Both the position numbers and the translations under genes were made by a program. 64,000 nt of DNA from Lophium mytilinum (lineage: Eukaryota), in assembly GCA_010093605.1 (NCBI GenBank), contig MU004196.1, forward strand, positions 1,324,606 to 1,388,605. Direction: 5' to 3'. The notes under the pieces are model-generated. The model saw only the letters and a list, made by a program, of their open reading frames with translations, made no database searches and was not told the DNA's origin. How positions within the stretch are numbered: the stretch's first letter is position 1; every line of letters starts with the position of its first letter. This document shows, one piece after another, positions 11,297 to 22,394 of this stretch.

Positions 11297-12813
11297 CACG
11301 TTCTGAGCTAAGGAGACGACAACCCACAGGGCTGGCCCGGCACCCTTCATTCTCTGCACCCCTCACTGGCTGCACCACAAACACCACGAAGGGCCCCATT
11401 CGAACATCCCAGGAATCTGCCCGTATCGCGAGCGAGGCCGATTCCAAATGCGCGTGCTGGAAGCCCTGGCGCTTCTGGTCAGCTTCCAGAAGGTCGCCTG
11501 GACGCTGCAGGCCTCAACTGCTGGAACACCACCAAGCATCCCCCTTGCACCCATCATCGTTTCATCACGAAAGCCGCGGAGACACGAAGCTATCAGGACC
11601 CTCTATCGCGATGATGCGTCTTGAGATGCCACGGAGACGTTTGAGGGGCCCGGCCACCCGGCTATGGCCCATGGGCTAGCTATCTCGGCCGTCTTCGCAC
11701 TACAAGACTAACAACGAAGCGCCAGCTGGAAAGCACACCACGCCGTACTATTGGATGAATGTGGCGACCCAGGCTGCTGGATCGACGTGCCCAGAAATGA
11801 CATCTTGGTATGCCCAGATGTGGAGCCAGCATCACTCGACGGCGAAAGAATCCGAGCATTCGCATTACACCACGCAACCACGCCCCCTGCTACTAGCCGA
11901 TCCACCCGAGCTGATGTGTCGTACCCTCGCATTGTGCTGCTAGAGGCGGGTGCGGTTTCAAATCCATTGCCGCGACGTGGGGCGGCTTCGTGAAGCCTTC
12001 GCAATGCTTCTTGTCGCCGTTGTCTTCGAAGAAATTGCGAACGACGTCGAGACAAGCTCCCACAAGACGCTGTCCAAGAGTCCGAAGGGTGACAAGAAAT
12101 GCCCAAGACCGCGGAGAGAGGTCTTGTGTCAACAGCTGCCGCGGCAGCGTCTAGGCAATGAAGCATCGCCGGCCAAGGTCTCCCCCACCACGGAAGGTAG
12201 ACAGAAAAAGCAACCCGGCTTCTAGAAGCCATCGCCAAGCTAAGCGCCTAGCTCCTTCTTCGCAGCTCTGGGTGTCAGATTATTGTACCCATAGAAATCT
12301 CACGGTCGCACACGTGCTCGTATTGACCAATCATCACCTAGCAACTTCCTCGCAATCCGGCGACAACCTTTTTCTCCGACCGAACCAAAGAGTCTGTTAG
12401 CCGTAGCAAATTGCAAATTGCGAGCGATTAAAACTCTGCTGTTGTCGTGCGCCGTTGGCGGAAGACTGAGAAAAGGGTCCACAATGGATTAACACAAGTA
12501 CCACGTGACACGACCCGCCAACCGGATCTCTTCAATACCCACTCCTCGGACCGTCGCGTACTCGCATTAGGCGGTTTTTTTTTTCGCATGAAGGGTACTT
12601 TTTACTAAAACATTGTCCAACTGCTAGTTCCCTGAACCAACGCTCATCCAGCATGGAGCACCAAATACTGCTTTGCTTACCCTGAAATCTACCCTGTACG
12701 ACTGACAGCCTCTTCACTTTAAGATCCAACATCTCCGAGTTACCGTCGCTGGTGTATAGTTAGATGTCACAGCAATCAACGAATGACTCGCGACGGAGGA
12801 CCACGGTCACGTG
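11297..12813. promoter_or_regulatory. Putative Pho4/NUC-1/PalcA bHLH binding sites upstream of PHO84
   Basis: CACGTT at 11297; CACGTG at 12311, 12502 and 12808. Confidence 0.6.
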
Positions 12814-13341
12814 CTATGGACCGTTTGCATGAACGTCGATTCCTTCGCCTTCTTGACTCTCTTTCTCTTTCCCGACGATCAAGAACACTCATATGGGACG
12901 CAGATGATTAATATTAAACATGATTTTCTCGTAATTGTGCGACGTCAACTCTTTAGTGCCGAGAATAACTTCTAGAACTGATCTTCTCACAGAAAAAGGT
13001 ATATAGTTCAGGAGAGTTTTTCCCCACCGCTCTACTCTAGGTCTTCGATATCCCCCTTTATTTCTGTTCTATTGAGACCTTATCCGTTTGTCGCTGTGTC
13101 TGAGGCGAACAGAAAGCACAATCCGGAGACCCTAGCCGGAAAGGCAGCGCGAGCAGAAGATTTTCATAACTCAGGTGTCCACACCCATCGCTAATCAGAT
13201 GATCCTCTCGAGTCCCATCCTTAAGCCCGTCAAAGCAAAACCCCAGCGCGTCCTCTTAATAAACGCTGATTTAATCTGTAGGAATAGCCAGAGGAATACC
13301 CTCCAGCTCACCGCACTCTCCTCCGACACCCAAACAATTCC

Positions 13342-15252
13342 TCAAATCCGCACCTCAACCCCCCTCATCCCCCCCTCCCCCCGCCACCCCTCCACCACCC
13401 CCATAAAATCCTCAATCCCATGCCCCCACAGCCCCGACCGCGCCATCAGCATCTGCGCCTCGGGCGGCGCCCCATCAATCCCCCCCTCGACATTGAAATA
13501 ACTCGGCGTACACCCCGCGAGCGCCGCCATCGGCGGCGACCGCATCAGCACCTGCATGCCCCAATCCTGCGCCGCGGCTGCCGTCGGCGCTACCGCAAAC
13601 GGCCGGCCGCCGGCTTTCCGCTTCGCCTGCGCGAGGATGTACGCCGAGTGCTTGGCGAGCGCGTCGACGTTGAAGAGGTAGTTCGGGGAATTCGACGCCT
13701 GCCAGGGCCCGGAGAGGAAGAGGTTGGGGAAATTAGCGTCGAGGGCGCCGTGGAGGGTTGAGGGGCCCTCGCTCGCCCACTTGTCGTGCATCGAGACGCC
13801 GGCGCGGCCGAGGATAGAGGTGTTGGCTTTTTGGGCGGGGGAGCCGGTGAAGGGGGCGCGGAAGCCGGTGGCGAAGATGAGGATGTCGACGGGGTAAGAC
13901 TCGGTGGTAGTGGCGATGGAGTCCTTGGTGAGGTGGTCGAGGCCCGCGCCGTCGGTGTCGACGAGGGTGACGTTGGGGCGGTTGAAGGTGGGGAGGTATT
14001 CGTCGTGGAAGGCGGGACGTTTGCACCAGGTTGGGTACCAGGCTTGGAGTTGCTTTGCGGTGGTGGGATCGCTGACGACGTCTTCTACGCGCTTGCGGAT
14101 GCGTGACTGGCGGGGGAGGTCGAGGGTGTGGAGTTTTTGCATGTAGGCGGGGAGCTCTTCCATCGTTTTGGGGCCGGCGGCGTTGCCGGCGATGGCTACC
14201 ATGCCTACGGCACTGGTCCATTGGTCGTCTACTAGGTTGATGGGAGGCTGTTTCTCGGTCGTGAAGTGCTGGTGGAAGTTTTTCAGGCGCTCTCGCTGCC
14301 ATCCCGCGGACGTAGCCACTTCCTTGTGAAACCACTCCGGGTCCGTCTCCCGCTGATCACGCTGGTCGACCGCCGCTGGCGTGCGCTGAACGACGTATAG
14401 ATGCTTCGCCCAGCGCGCAAGATGAGGCACGATTTGGACGGCTGTAGCGCCCGTGCCTACAATAGCCACCCGCTTCCCTTCCAGCTTCGTGAGAGACGGG
14501 TCCTCGGGGGAACCACCAGTGATGCCGTAATCCCAACGCGACGAGTGGAAAACCTCCCCCTCATAATCCAGCAACCCCGGGACTCCAGGCAGCTTCGGCC
14601 AGCTCAGCACGCCATTAACCGTCGCCACAAACGGCGCTCTCACACGCAGCGTCTCCGCCTGCTCCCCCTTCCGCTGCTGCACCAGCTCCACCTCCCACTC
14701 CTTCGCCCCCTCATCCCACACCAACTCCTCCGCTTTCGTCTGGAACACCGCGCTGTCCGCAACCCCCCATTTCCGCGCAACCAGCTCCGCATACTCCCGG
14801 ATCTCCTCCCCTGACGAATAGCGCTGCCGCGGCACATACCCCGTCTCCTCCAGCAGCGGCAGGTAGCAGTAGCTCTCGATGTCGCACGAAAGCCCCGGGT
14901 AGCGGTTCCAGTACCACGTCCCGCCGAAGCCCCCCGCGCGCTCCACGATGCGGATGTCCTCGGGCCGCACGCCGGCTTCGATCATGCGCACGGCGTACAG
15001 CAGGCCGCCGAAGCCGGCGCCGAGGATGAGGACTTCGCAGCGGTTGGTAGGGAACTGCGAGCGGGCGGTTTTGACGGGCGCGGCGGTGGAGACCCAGGGG
15101 TCGTCGAGGAAGGAGGCGTGTTTTGTGGAGAGGGAGATGTCGATGAATTGGCTGTCCCCTTCGGGGCGGAGGCGTTTGGTGCGCTCGGCGCTGTAGCGGT
15201 TTGAGGTTTGGAGGGCGGCGAGGGCTGGGGTGGTGTCGTCTTGGTAGTCCAT
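13342..15252 (-). CDS. Type I Baeyer-Villiger monooxygenase (FAD/NADPH), 636 aa
   Basis: GAGFGG Rossmann 1, GGTWYWNRYPG, BVMO fingerprint YEGEVFHSSRWD, GTGATA Rossmann 2, WCKRP, ATGF. Confidence 0.93.
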   Translation of the reverse strand: MDYQDDTTPALAALQTSNRYSAERTKRLRPEGDSQFIDISLSTKHASFLDDPWVSTAAPVKTARSQFPTNRCEVLILGAGFGGLLYAVRMIEAGVRPEDIRIVERAGGFGGTWYWNRYPGLSCDIESYCYLPLLEETGYVPRQRYSSGEEIREYAELVARKWGVADSAVFQTKAEELVWDEGAKEWEVELVQQRKGEQAETLRVRAPFVATVNGVLSWPKLPGVPGLLDYEGEVFHSSRWDYGITGGSPEDPSLTKLEGKRVAIVGTGATAVQIVPHLARWAKHLYVVQRTPAAVDQRDQRETDPEWFHKEVATSAGWQRERLKNFHQHFTTEKQPPINLVDDQWTSAVGMVAIAGNAAGPKTMEELPAYMQKLHTLDLPRQSRIRKRVEDVVSDPTTAKQLQAWYPTWCKRPAFHDEYLPTFNRPNVTLVDTDGAGLDHLTKDSIATTTESYPVDILIFATGFRAPFTGSPAQKANTSILGRAGVSMHDKWASEGPSTLHGALDANFPNLFLSGPWQASNSPNYLFNVDALAKHSAYILAQAKRKAGGRPFAVAPTAAAAQDWGMQVLMRSPPMAALAGCTPSYFNVEGGIDGAPPEAQMLMARSGLWGHGIEDFMGVVEGWRGEGGMRGVEVRI

Positions 15253-15395
15253 GGTGGCGATGCTTGGGGGGGTGGGAGGGCGAGCAGTGGACTATGGGGG
15301 AAGTAGTGTGATTGAAGCCCGTGGAATGCGGGGAGGGGGAGTCTTTTTGATGATGCGGCGCAGTCGCACAAGTGCTGACGAGAGGTGCGGAGAAT

Positions 15396-16390
15396 GTCCG
15401 TGGATGGGCCGGTAGACCCTGGCTTGCGATTTTAGTATGCAAGGGCCCAATTCTGGTGTTGCAAGGTTCTTGAGGTGATATTTAATGTGGGCTGCGGGAC
15501 TGTGGCAGCTTGAGAGGTGAGGATTGCGGCGAGGGTGCACCCCTGTGAGGGGATTGGTTCACGATTCGAGGACGGTGAATGCAAACTTGAATCTGATACC
15601 GTACCTGGGGGACTATACTAGGCGACAAGACTATTCTTTTCTCAGTTGGTAGATGCGCCCAGCTGGTTTGGGTGTCGTGGTGTCGTGGTAGACGAAGATA
15701 TTGAGGTCGGCGTTCGGCCAAGGCAATAAGGCATCAACATCAGCAACGTTGAGAACATTCCACCAAAGGGTAAATACTCCCCCGAAAGGAGCTAGCTGTG
15801 TCGAAAAAGGTTGTTCTTGACAGGTCCGTCGCTTTCCTCTGCTGAATCCGACCGTTAGTTCTGATGGTGTGGGATTGATGCGTATTCGCCTGACGGACTG
15901 ATGAGCGGACTCTTAGGGTGCACGGGCTAGAGTCCGTGGGGCGCATTCTGTGACGTCGTCGTCCGATCCATGCGGGCGGGTCTTCCCGCACCGCTGGGTG
16001 ACCCTGGCTTAGGCCTTCTTTGCACGTCGATCCATGGACCCTCTCCATCCCTCCTTGCTTTTTGACTTCTAATATTATGCATCGATGAACCTCTATACGA
16101 TGCGACTCGTTAGAAAGTGCTCTTTGGGGGAAATCAACCCAATTTCGATGCTGCAGGATCTGTACACCGCCGGACACTTGCGACCCCTGAAGCAAGCGTA
16201 GCTATTACTGCAAACTAGTCTCCGGACCGCAGTGAATTTAGCACTCTGGAGCCATCACATCACAGAGCGCACTCTCACATGCGATGAGGATTTAACCCAG
16301 CTGTCGGAATTCGCTAGCCACGGACTCTGACGCTGCTGCACACCAAAGTCCGTGGGCCCGCATAAGTGCCGTCATTCGCAGGGATCGGAC
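15396..16390. promoter_or_regulatory. Cluster of CGGAC/GTCCG motifs upstream of the BVMO gene (putative Zn2Cys6 half-sites)
   Basis: 11 occurrences: 15396, 15824, 15894, 15906, 15932, 15961, 16171, 16223, 16321, 16348, 16386. Confidence 0.45.
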
Positions 16391-16559
16391 ACGTAGATCT
16401 TCGGTACAAGGGTATCTGATCTTCTATTTCTGCCTGCATACTATGTACAACATACACCCGTTCGGTACATCTCAGCCCGTCGTCTGAACCGCTGCGGTGC
16501 CTACCACATCTCTTTCATCCAATCCCCAATTATTAATCCTCCGCCGCAACCTCCCCCAG

Positions 16560-17813
16560 TCACTTTCCTTCAAAATCATAGGTTGGCAGCCCCGAACCCC
16601 CCAGCCCACCCCGCTCCCGCTGCAGCTCCACGTCGTACCGGACGTGAATCGCCTGGCTCATCGGCCGCGGCGCCTGCTTCTTCTGCGCTAGCTCCAGCGC
16701 CTGCTCGCTGTCGACGCCTACAATGCTGCTGCAGCGATTCAGCGATCGTTGCGAGTCCGCGCTCGAGTCCGTCGCTGAAGGCTTGGTCGCTGCGAACTGG
16801 CTCACTTTCGCCCGGGTGACGACTCCCCAGGCCTTTAGTAGTGGGCGGACCGACGGCAGGCATGCGGCGATGAGCACGAAGTCGTTCTCGATGCTGTTCC
16901 ATAGGCCGATGTGGAGGGCGCGCGTGTAGAGCTGGTTCAGGGTGGGGTCGCCGAGGAGGGTGGCGTTGGAGGAGACTTTCACGACGGCGAAGATGAAAGC
17001 ACTGGGTGGGATTAGTTGGGACTTTGGGTGTTGGGGTTGAGAGGGGCTGCTTACGCTATGCCTAGGCTCATTAATCCGATGGTGCTAACCTTCTTCCACC
17101 GCGGTAGCTGTAGGTTCCAGATGACGAAGCCGGGGTAGATTGCGAATCCGAGATCCAAAGCTGCGGAGGAAGCTGCGCAACTGGATTAGTATGGTAAGCC
17201 AAAATGAGGAGTTGTACTTACAGCTTCCAACAAGCGCATAGATGATCTGCACATCTCGCGGCCAACACTTCGTCTCTGGATACTTATACGGGTTCCACTG
17301 TCCAGCGATCGGGTTGCACTGGACGAAGCAGATGAAGAACCCAGCAATGCAGACAGCGAAGAGCCCAAGCGCCAGCGACAGGATTATCGTGCGCGTCCAA
17401 GGCTTCGGACGGAAGATCCGAATGAAGAGAAATGCTACGCCGACTTTCGGCAGCGTAACGCTAAGGAACGACCACGCGTCGGTGAAGACGCTCCAGAAGG
17501 TTGCGTCCGGGACGGTGTTGGGGAGGTTATTGGTATCGACTCGACTGGTTGCGCTGAGTGCGATTTGGAACGTGACCATCCGCACAACGTCGAAAACCTT
17601 CGCTCTGTTAGTACCGTGGCTCGTCTGGTAAGGAGGTAGAGGACTAACCCACGAAACGGAAATGATGTAGTCCTCCCAGCCAGCAGCGGCCTCGGAGTAG
17701 AAAATCCGTGAAATTGTTCGCATGGCGAAGACAATTGTCGCGATGATAAAGAATGGCCAGGCCGCCGCCGTGGCTTGGTTGATGAAATGATTGAGATCAG
17801 TAAAATCATCCAT
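16560..17813 (-). CDS. Pth11-like (fungal rhodopsin-domain) integral membrane protein, 4 exons
   Basis: R..SR...GWEDYII, LPKVGVAFLFIRIF, QCNPIAGQWNP...C, DL.FAIYPGFVIWNLQLPRWKK, WNSIENDFVLIAACLPSVRPL; introns at 17648-17598, ~17221-17174, ~17054-17002. Confidence 0.88.
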
Positions 17814-18201
17814 CTTGGCGGTTGTGGCTCAAAGGCGGAGGCTAATGAGTGTTGAGTGTTGAAAGGGAGTTGCGAAAACCGAAGCGACTTTAGGATTGTC
17901 AACCGCCACCATCATCGACATATATGCGAAAGGTCGGGCTCCGGAGCTGCAGGGCTGAGCGGGAAGAGTGGGCTCGAAAAGCCTATCAGGGCTTGCCCGG
18001 AGAAATGTTCCATAAGCAGCGAATCACTACGCAGGTACGACCTCCACTACACCACCGGACATCGATTTGGTCAGCCCCGTTTGGACTTGACGTAGTCGGA
18101 GTCCGTTAATTGTCAACCACCCCCACAGAACAGCCCGCTACCTCGGTCTATGAAGTTTTGTGTATAGGTATTTTCAAACATGTCTGAGAGATCGGTATTG
18201 T

Positions 18202-18235
18202 TGAGGCTCCGATGGCATTATTCAACGGAGCCTCA
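18202..18235. promoter_or_regulatory. Perfect 10-bp inverted repeat (TGAGGCTCCG-N14-CGGAGCCTCA) in the divergent Pth11-like/NRPS-like promoter
   Basis: Seen directly, ~90 bp upstream of the NRPS-like ATG and just before tttaaaa at 18242. Confidence 0.5.
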
Positions 18236-18323
18236 CGGATGTTTAAAAGCACATCTACTGCAACCTCCTCTCAATGCACAATGCAACCAGCTGTCAAAAG
18301 CAGGAAGATAAAATCATCTCATC

Positions 18324-21311
18324 ATGTCAGTCCTTACTGTTGAACCACGTCTTGAAGCTTTACTGGACCAGTGCGCGGACGGTCAGGCTGGCGTCATCCT
18401 CTACACAACAGAAAATTACCCACCCGAATACCTAAGTTATCGGGAGCTTCGCAATGAAGCATCACTCAAAGCCATCTGTCTTCGAAACTACCATGGCGTC
18501 GTCCCTGGTCGGATTGTTTTGGTCCACTTCCACAGCCACCGCGAGAACATGATCTGGTTTTGGGCCAGTATCCTGGCGGGCTGCGTTCCAGCCATGTCCA
18601 CGCCCTTCGTCAACAACCCTGAAGGTCGCGCATCTCACTTGGCACATTTGCATCGCTTGCTTCTGGACCCAATCGTTATCACCTCTCAAGATCTGTTGAG
18701 CACTGATTTTGCGGACAACACACTCCTCCGTTGCGTGTCAGCTGAAGTCATAGAGACGCTCGAGCCTAAGGAAGTCGCCGGTGCCTCCCCTCATGGCTCA
18801 CACGAAGACAACGTTGATAGCTTTCCTGAGGCATCCTTCGAATCGATCATTTCTACGCCTGCCTCAAGCAGGGACGATGACGCAAATAGTTCAAATTCCT
18901 CCCAACACGGGCCGACTTCCGAACACGACACTGATTCAAGCTATGGAGCAAGCGTTAGTTCTGCTAGTAGCGTTCATCATGACGAAACCGATAAGGATGC
19001 GCATGAGGAAAGAGAATCCGGCGTAGACGATTTCACTTCTTTGGAAGGTGTTGCTGCGTTGATGCTCACGTCCGGAAGCACAGGCGCCGCCAAAGCAGTA
19101 TGCTTGAGCCACGAGCAGATGTTGACAGCATGTACGGGAAAGCTACGCCACATGCCCTTAGCACAGGGCGCCGTTGTGCTGAACTGGATCGGACTTGATC
19201 ACGTCGGCAGCCTGACGGAGCTCCACCTTACTGCCATGATCGCGGGATGTGATCAAGTCTATGTGCCCACGGCTGAGGTGATCGCCGACCCGCTTCTCTT
19301 CCTACGCCTCCTTTCAAAGCACCGCGTCGCCAGGACATTTGCGCCCAATTTCATGATAGCCAAGCTGCTGCAGCTGCTAGATACCTCAACAGCAGCCGAC
19401 ACGCACGGAATCGATCTTCAAGAGCTGCTCTACCTGATCTCTGGTGGCGAACCAAATAGTGTCAGTACTTGCGTTCAGATGTCGGCGCATCTCCAAACTC
19501 TCCGTGCTCCCACGACGACCACCATTACGCCTGGCTTCGGCATGACAGAAACGTGCGCTGGCTCGATATACAGCCGGACGTGTCCTGAGATTGACGTACA
19601 GACTGCAACCGAGTTCACGGCTCTGGGCACGTGTGTGCCTGGCATCGAGATGCGCGTCAACAACGGCGGCCTCGAAGTCCGCGGCCCTATAGTTTTCCAG
19701 CGCTACTTCAACAACGCCAAAGCGACCCAAGAGGCTTTTACTGATGACGGCTGGTTCCGCACAGGCGATACGGCCACGATCGACGCGTCTGAGACTCTAC
19801 GGCTGGTAGGACGCTCGAAGGACCTTATTATCGTGAACGGCGTCAAGTACCTCCCTCACGAGCTGGAGACAGCCATCGACCAGACCGATATTGCGGGCGT
19901 GGCTCTCTCCAGCGTCGTGTGCTTCGCCTACCGTCCGGTGGGTGCTAGTACGGAGAATATCCAGATCGTCTATCAACGCGATTATGAGGCGAATGACAGC
20001 AAGGCGCGGAGGGATGCACTGCAGGCCGTCGTTCGCACCGTACTCTTGTTTGCGGGCGCGCGACCGCATGTGTTGCCGTTGGCTCCTGGGCGTCTAGAGC
20101 GGTCCACGCTTGGGAAGCTGTCTCGTTCAAAGGTTCGGGCGTCGTTCCTAAACGGGGAATACCAAGACGAAGCCGACATCGACACCCAAGTGCTGCAAGC
20201 ACATCGAGAAGAGCACGTAGCCGAACCTGGCAACGCCATGGAGCAAAAGTTAATGAGCGTCTTCCACGATCTCGGCGTCACATCATGCTCAATCGACATC
20301 GACACCCCCCTCCTCGACACCGGCGTGACCTCCATCGACCTCATCCGCTTCAAACGCCTAGCCGAGAAGGCGTTCGACATCAAAGACATCCCCATCATCA
20401 CCATTATGACGCACAGCACCATCCGCACCCTCGCCGCCGCCATCGACTCTCTCAACACCCCCGAACCCCCCGCCCCCTACAACCCCCTCATAAGCCTCCA
20501 GCCTCACGGTGACGAAACGCCGCTCTTCCTCCTCCACCCCGGCATCGGCGAAATGCTCGTCTTCCTCAGCCTCGTCCCCTACTTCCCCAACCGCCCCATC
20601 CACGCCTTCCGCGCCCGCGGCCTCGCCGCCAACGAAACCCCCTTCACGAGCCTCGACGAGGTCGTCACCACCTACCATGCCGCGCTCAAACGCACGCAGC
20701 CCCACGGCCCCTACGCCCTCGCCGGCTACTCCTACGGCAGCATGCTCGCGTTCGAGATCGCGAAGCGCCTCGAAGCCGCCGGCGACCGCGTCGCGTTCCT
20801 CGGCTCGTTCAACCTGCCGCCGCATATCCAGACAAGAATGCGGAGGCTAGATTGGACGGCGGGGCTGCTGCATATCGCGCATTTCTGCGCTATCATCTCG
20901 GAAGCGCGGTCCGAGGAACTCCTGCCCGCGCTAAGGCCGCTGCCGCATGGGCAGCAGGTGGAGACGTTGCTGGCGGAGAGCGATGAGCAGAGGTGTAGGG
21001 ATTTGGCGCTGACGCGGGATGGGTTGGAGAATTGGACGGATGTGTCGTGGTCGCTGCAGAAGATTGGGTGGGAGTATGAGCCTGGGGGGGAGGTAGAGGG
21101 GATGGATGTGTTTTATTGCCAGCCGTTGAAGGATGTGGCGAGTAGTAGGGTGGAGTATAGGGAGGTGCATTTGGAGCGGTGGAGGGATTTTGTAAGGGGG
21201 GAGGTGAGGTTCTGCGAGGTGGCGGGGGAGCATTATACTATGATTGGGCCGGAGCATGTGGGAGGGTTTCAGGGGAGTTTGAAGAGGGCGTTGGAGGGGA
21301 GGGGGTTGTAG
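18324..21311 (+). CDS. NRPS-like A-T-TE enzyme (aryl-pyruvate-dimerising quinone/furanone synthetase family), 995 aa
   Basis: A domain LTSGSTGAAKAV, WIGLDHVGSL, GFGMTET, GWFRTGD, GRSKDLIIVNG, LGKL; T domain DTGVTSIDL; TE domain HPGIGE, GYSYG, FNLPPHI, GEHYTM; no condensation domain. Confidence 0.93.
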   Translation: MSVLTVEPRLEALLDQCADGQAGVILYTTENYPPEYLSYRELRNEASLKAICLRNYHGVVPGRIVLVHFHSHRENMIWFWASILAGCVPAMSTPFVNNPEGRASHLAHLHRLLLDPIVITSQDLLSTDFADNTLLRCVSAEVIETLEPKEVAGASPHGSHEDNVDSFPEASFESIISTPASSRDDDANSSNSSQHGPTSEHDTDSSYGASVSSASSVHHDETDKDAHEERESGVDDFTSLEGVAALMLTSGSTGAAKAVCLSHEQMLTACTGKLRHMPLAQGAVVLNWIGLDHVGSLTELHLTAMIAGCDQVYVPTAEVIADPLLFLRLLSKHRVARTFAPNFMIAKLLQLLDTSTAADTHGIDLQELLYLISGGEPNSVSTCVQMSAHLQTLRAPTTTTITPGFGMTETCAGSIYSRTCPEIDVQTATEFTALGTCVPGIEMRVNNGGLEVRGPIVFQRYFNNAKATQEAFTDDGWFRTGDTATIDASETLRLVGRSKDLIIVNGVKYLPHELETAIDQTDIAGVALSSVVCFAYRPVGASTENIQIVYQRDYEANDSKARRDALQAVVRTVLLFAGARPHVLPLAPGRLERSTLGKLSRSKVRASFLNGEYQDEADIDTQVLQAHREEHVAEPGNAMEQKLMSVFHDLGVTSCSIDIDTPLLDTGVTSIDLIRFKRLAEKAFDIKDIPIITIMTHSTIRTLAAAIDSLNTPEPPAPYNPLISLQPHGDETPLFLLHPGIGEMLVFLSLVPYFPNRPIHAFRARGLAANETPFTSLDEVVTTYHAALKRTQPHGPYALAGYSYGSMLAFEIAKRLEAAGDRVAFLGSFNLPPHIQTRMRRLDWTAGLLHIAHFCAIISEARSEELLPALRPLPHGQQVETLLAESDEQRCRDLALTRDGLENWTDVSWSLQKIGWEYEPGGEVEGMDVFYCQPLKDVASSRVEYREVHLERWRDFVRGEVRFCEVAGEHYTMIGPEHVGGFQGSLKRALEGRGL

Positions 21312-22394
21312 TGCTTGCCATTGGCGGTCGGAAGTGTTGTATGACAAACAAGCTGGCTGAGGTCCTCCTGGTGGTGGCGTTATGGGAGGTAGAGTTGGTT
21401 TGAGTTGTATGATAACAGCGTGCAACTTGTCGCATCTTTTTGGAAATTCTCAAATACAATCCATACTTCTACGCATTAAGAATAGCGCTTCTATTAGACG
21501 AGTCCAGAACCCGCTAGCTAGGGCACTCCCCACAGAGGTGTCATGTGAGCAAGACTTAAGCCAGATTAATAAGATATACCTGAGCAACTTCTTGCATCTG
21601 CTTGCAGCATCCCAAAAAGAATGTAAAGCTCTACAGGGTGGGAACAGGGCCAGTTCAGCTGACCAAAGACGTGCTAGCTGGAGCGCAAAACACCAAGGAA
21701 AAGTGATCCGCCAAAAACAGGGAACCACAATGCTGCAGAACGATTGCGACTACCATGCAGAAGCAGGGTAGATGGGTTCCATAATTTCAATATCTCTTCT
21801 TGTGGAAGTATCTAGACGGCTGATGGATTCGTGGAAGTTGCTTACCCTAACCACCGTAGATGCTGTCTTAGCAGCGTGCATGTAGCTAGGGTCGTATATG
21901 TAGCCTTCCAGGGGGGGCACTTTGATCCCCGAGATGGACTTTTCATCCTTCACAGGAAGGCTATGTGGTACGCCCAAAATATAGTACAAGTACGTCCAAT
22001 TAAACGAAAGCGGGTTTTCCTTGTATTTGTGTCTTCAAAGAGGTTCTACAGTCTATTTTCGACGATGCCGACTTTCCATCCAAAAAGCTGATCTAATTCC
22101 AGATTCTAGCCGTCGCAGTGCCTTCACAACAAATACCATCAATCAACACAATGTATATATTAACAGTGTCTCCTTACGGCTCATTGTCAAATTTCCATGT
22201 CGACATTGTATACAGGTTGTCCCTTCACAGTGTGTCTACAATGAATAGATATATATTGCGGAAAATCCCCTCTTCTAATTCTCCCCGCAAACTTTCTAAG
22301 ACTCGTGCTCTGCTGCAACTGTTTTTCAGAACCCGCAGACCCCGTCTTGGAAAACACCGACCACACCCGTCTACGATCGCTTCCAACCACTAGC

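Noticed and set aside
9046..21425. Many long antisense or alternate-frame ORFs overlapping PHO84, BVMO and NRPS-like genes (also at 34056 and 45811-47157)
   Set aside because: Shadow ORFs caused by high GC3 and skewed codon usage; low-complexity R/P/G translations with no motifs
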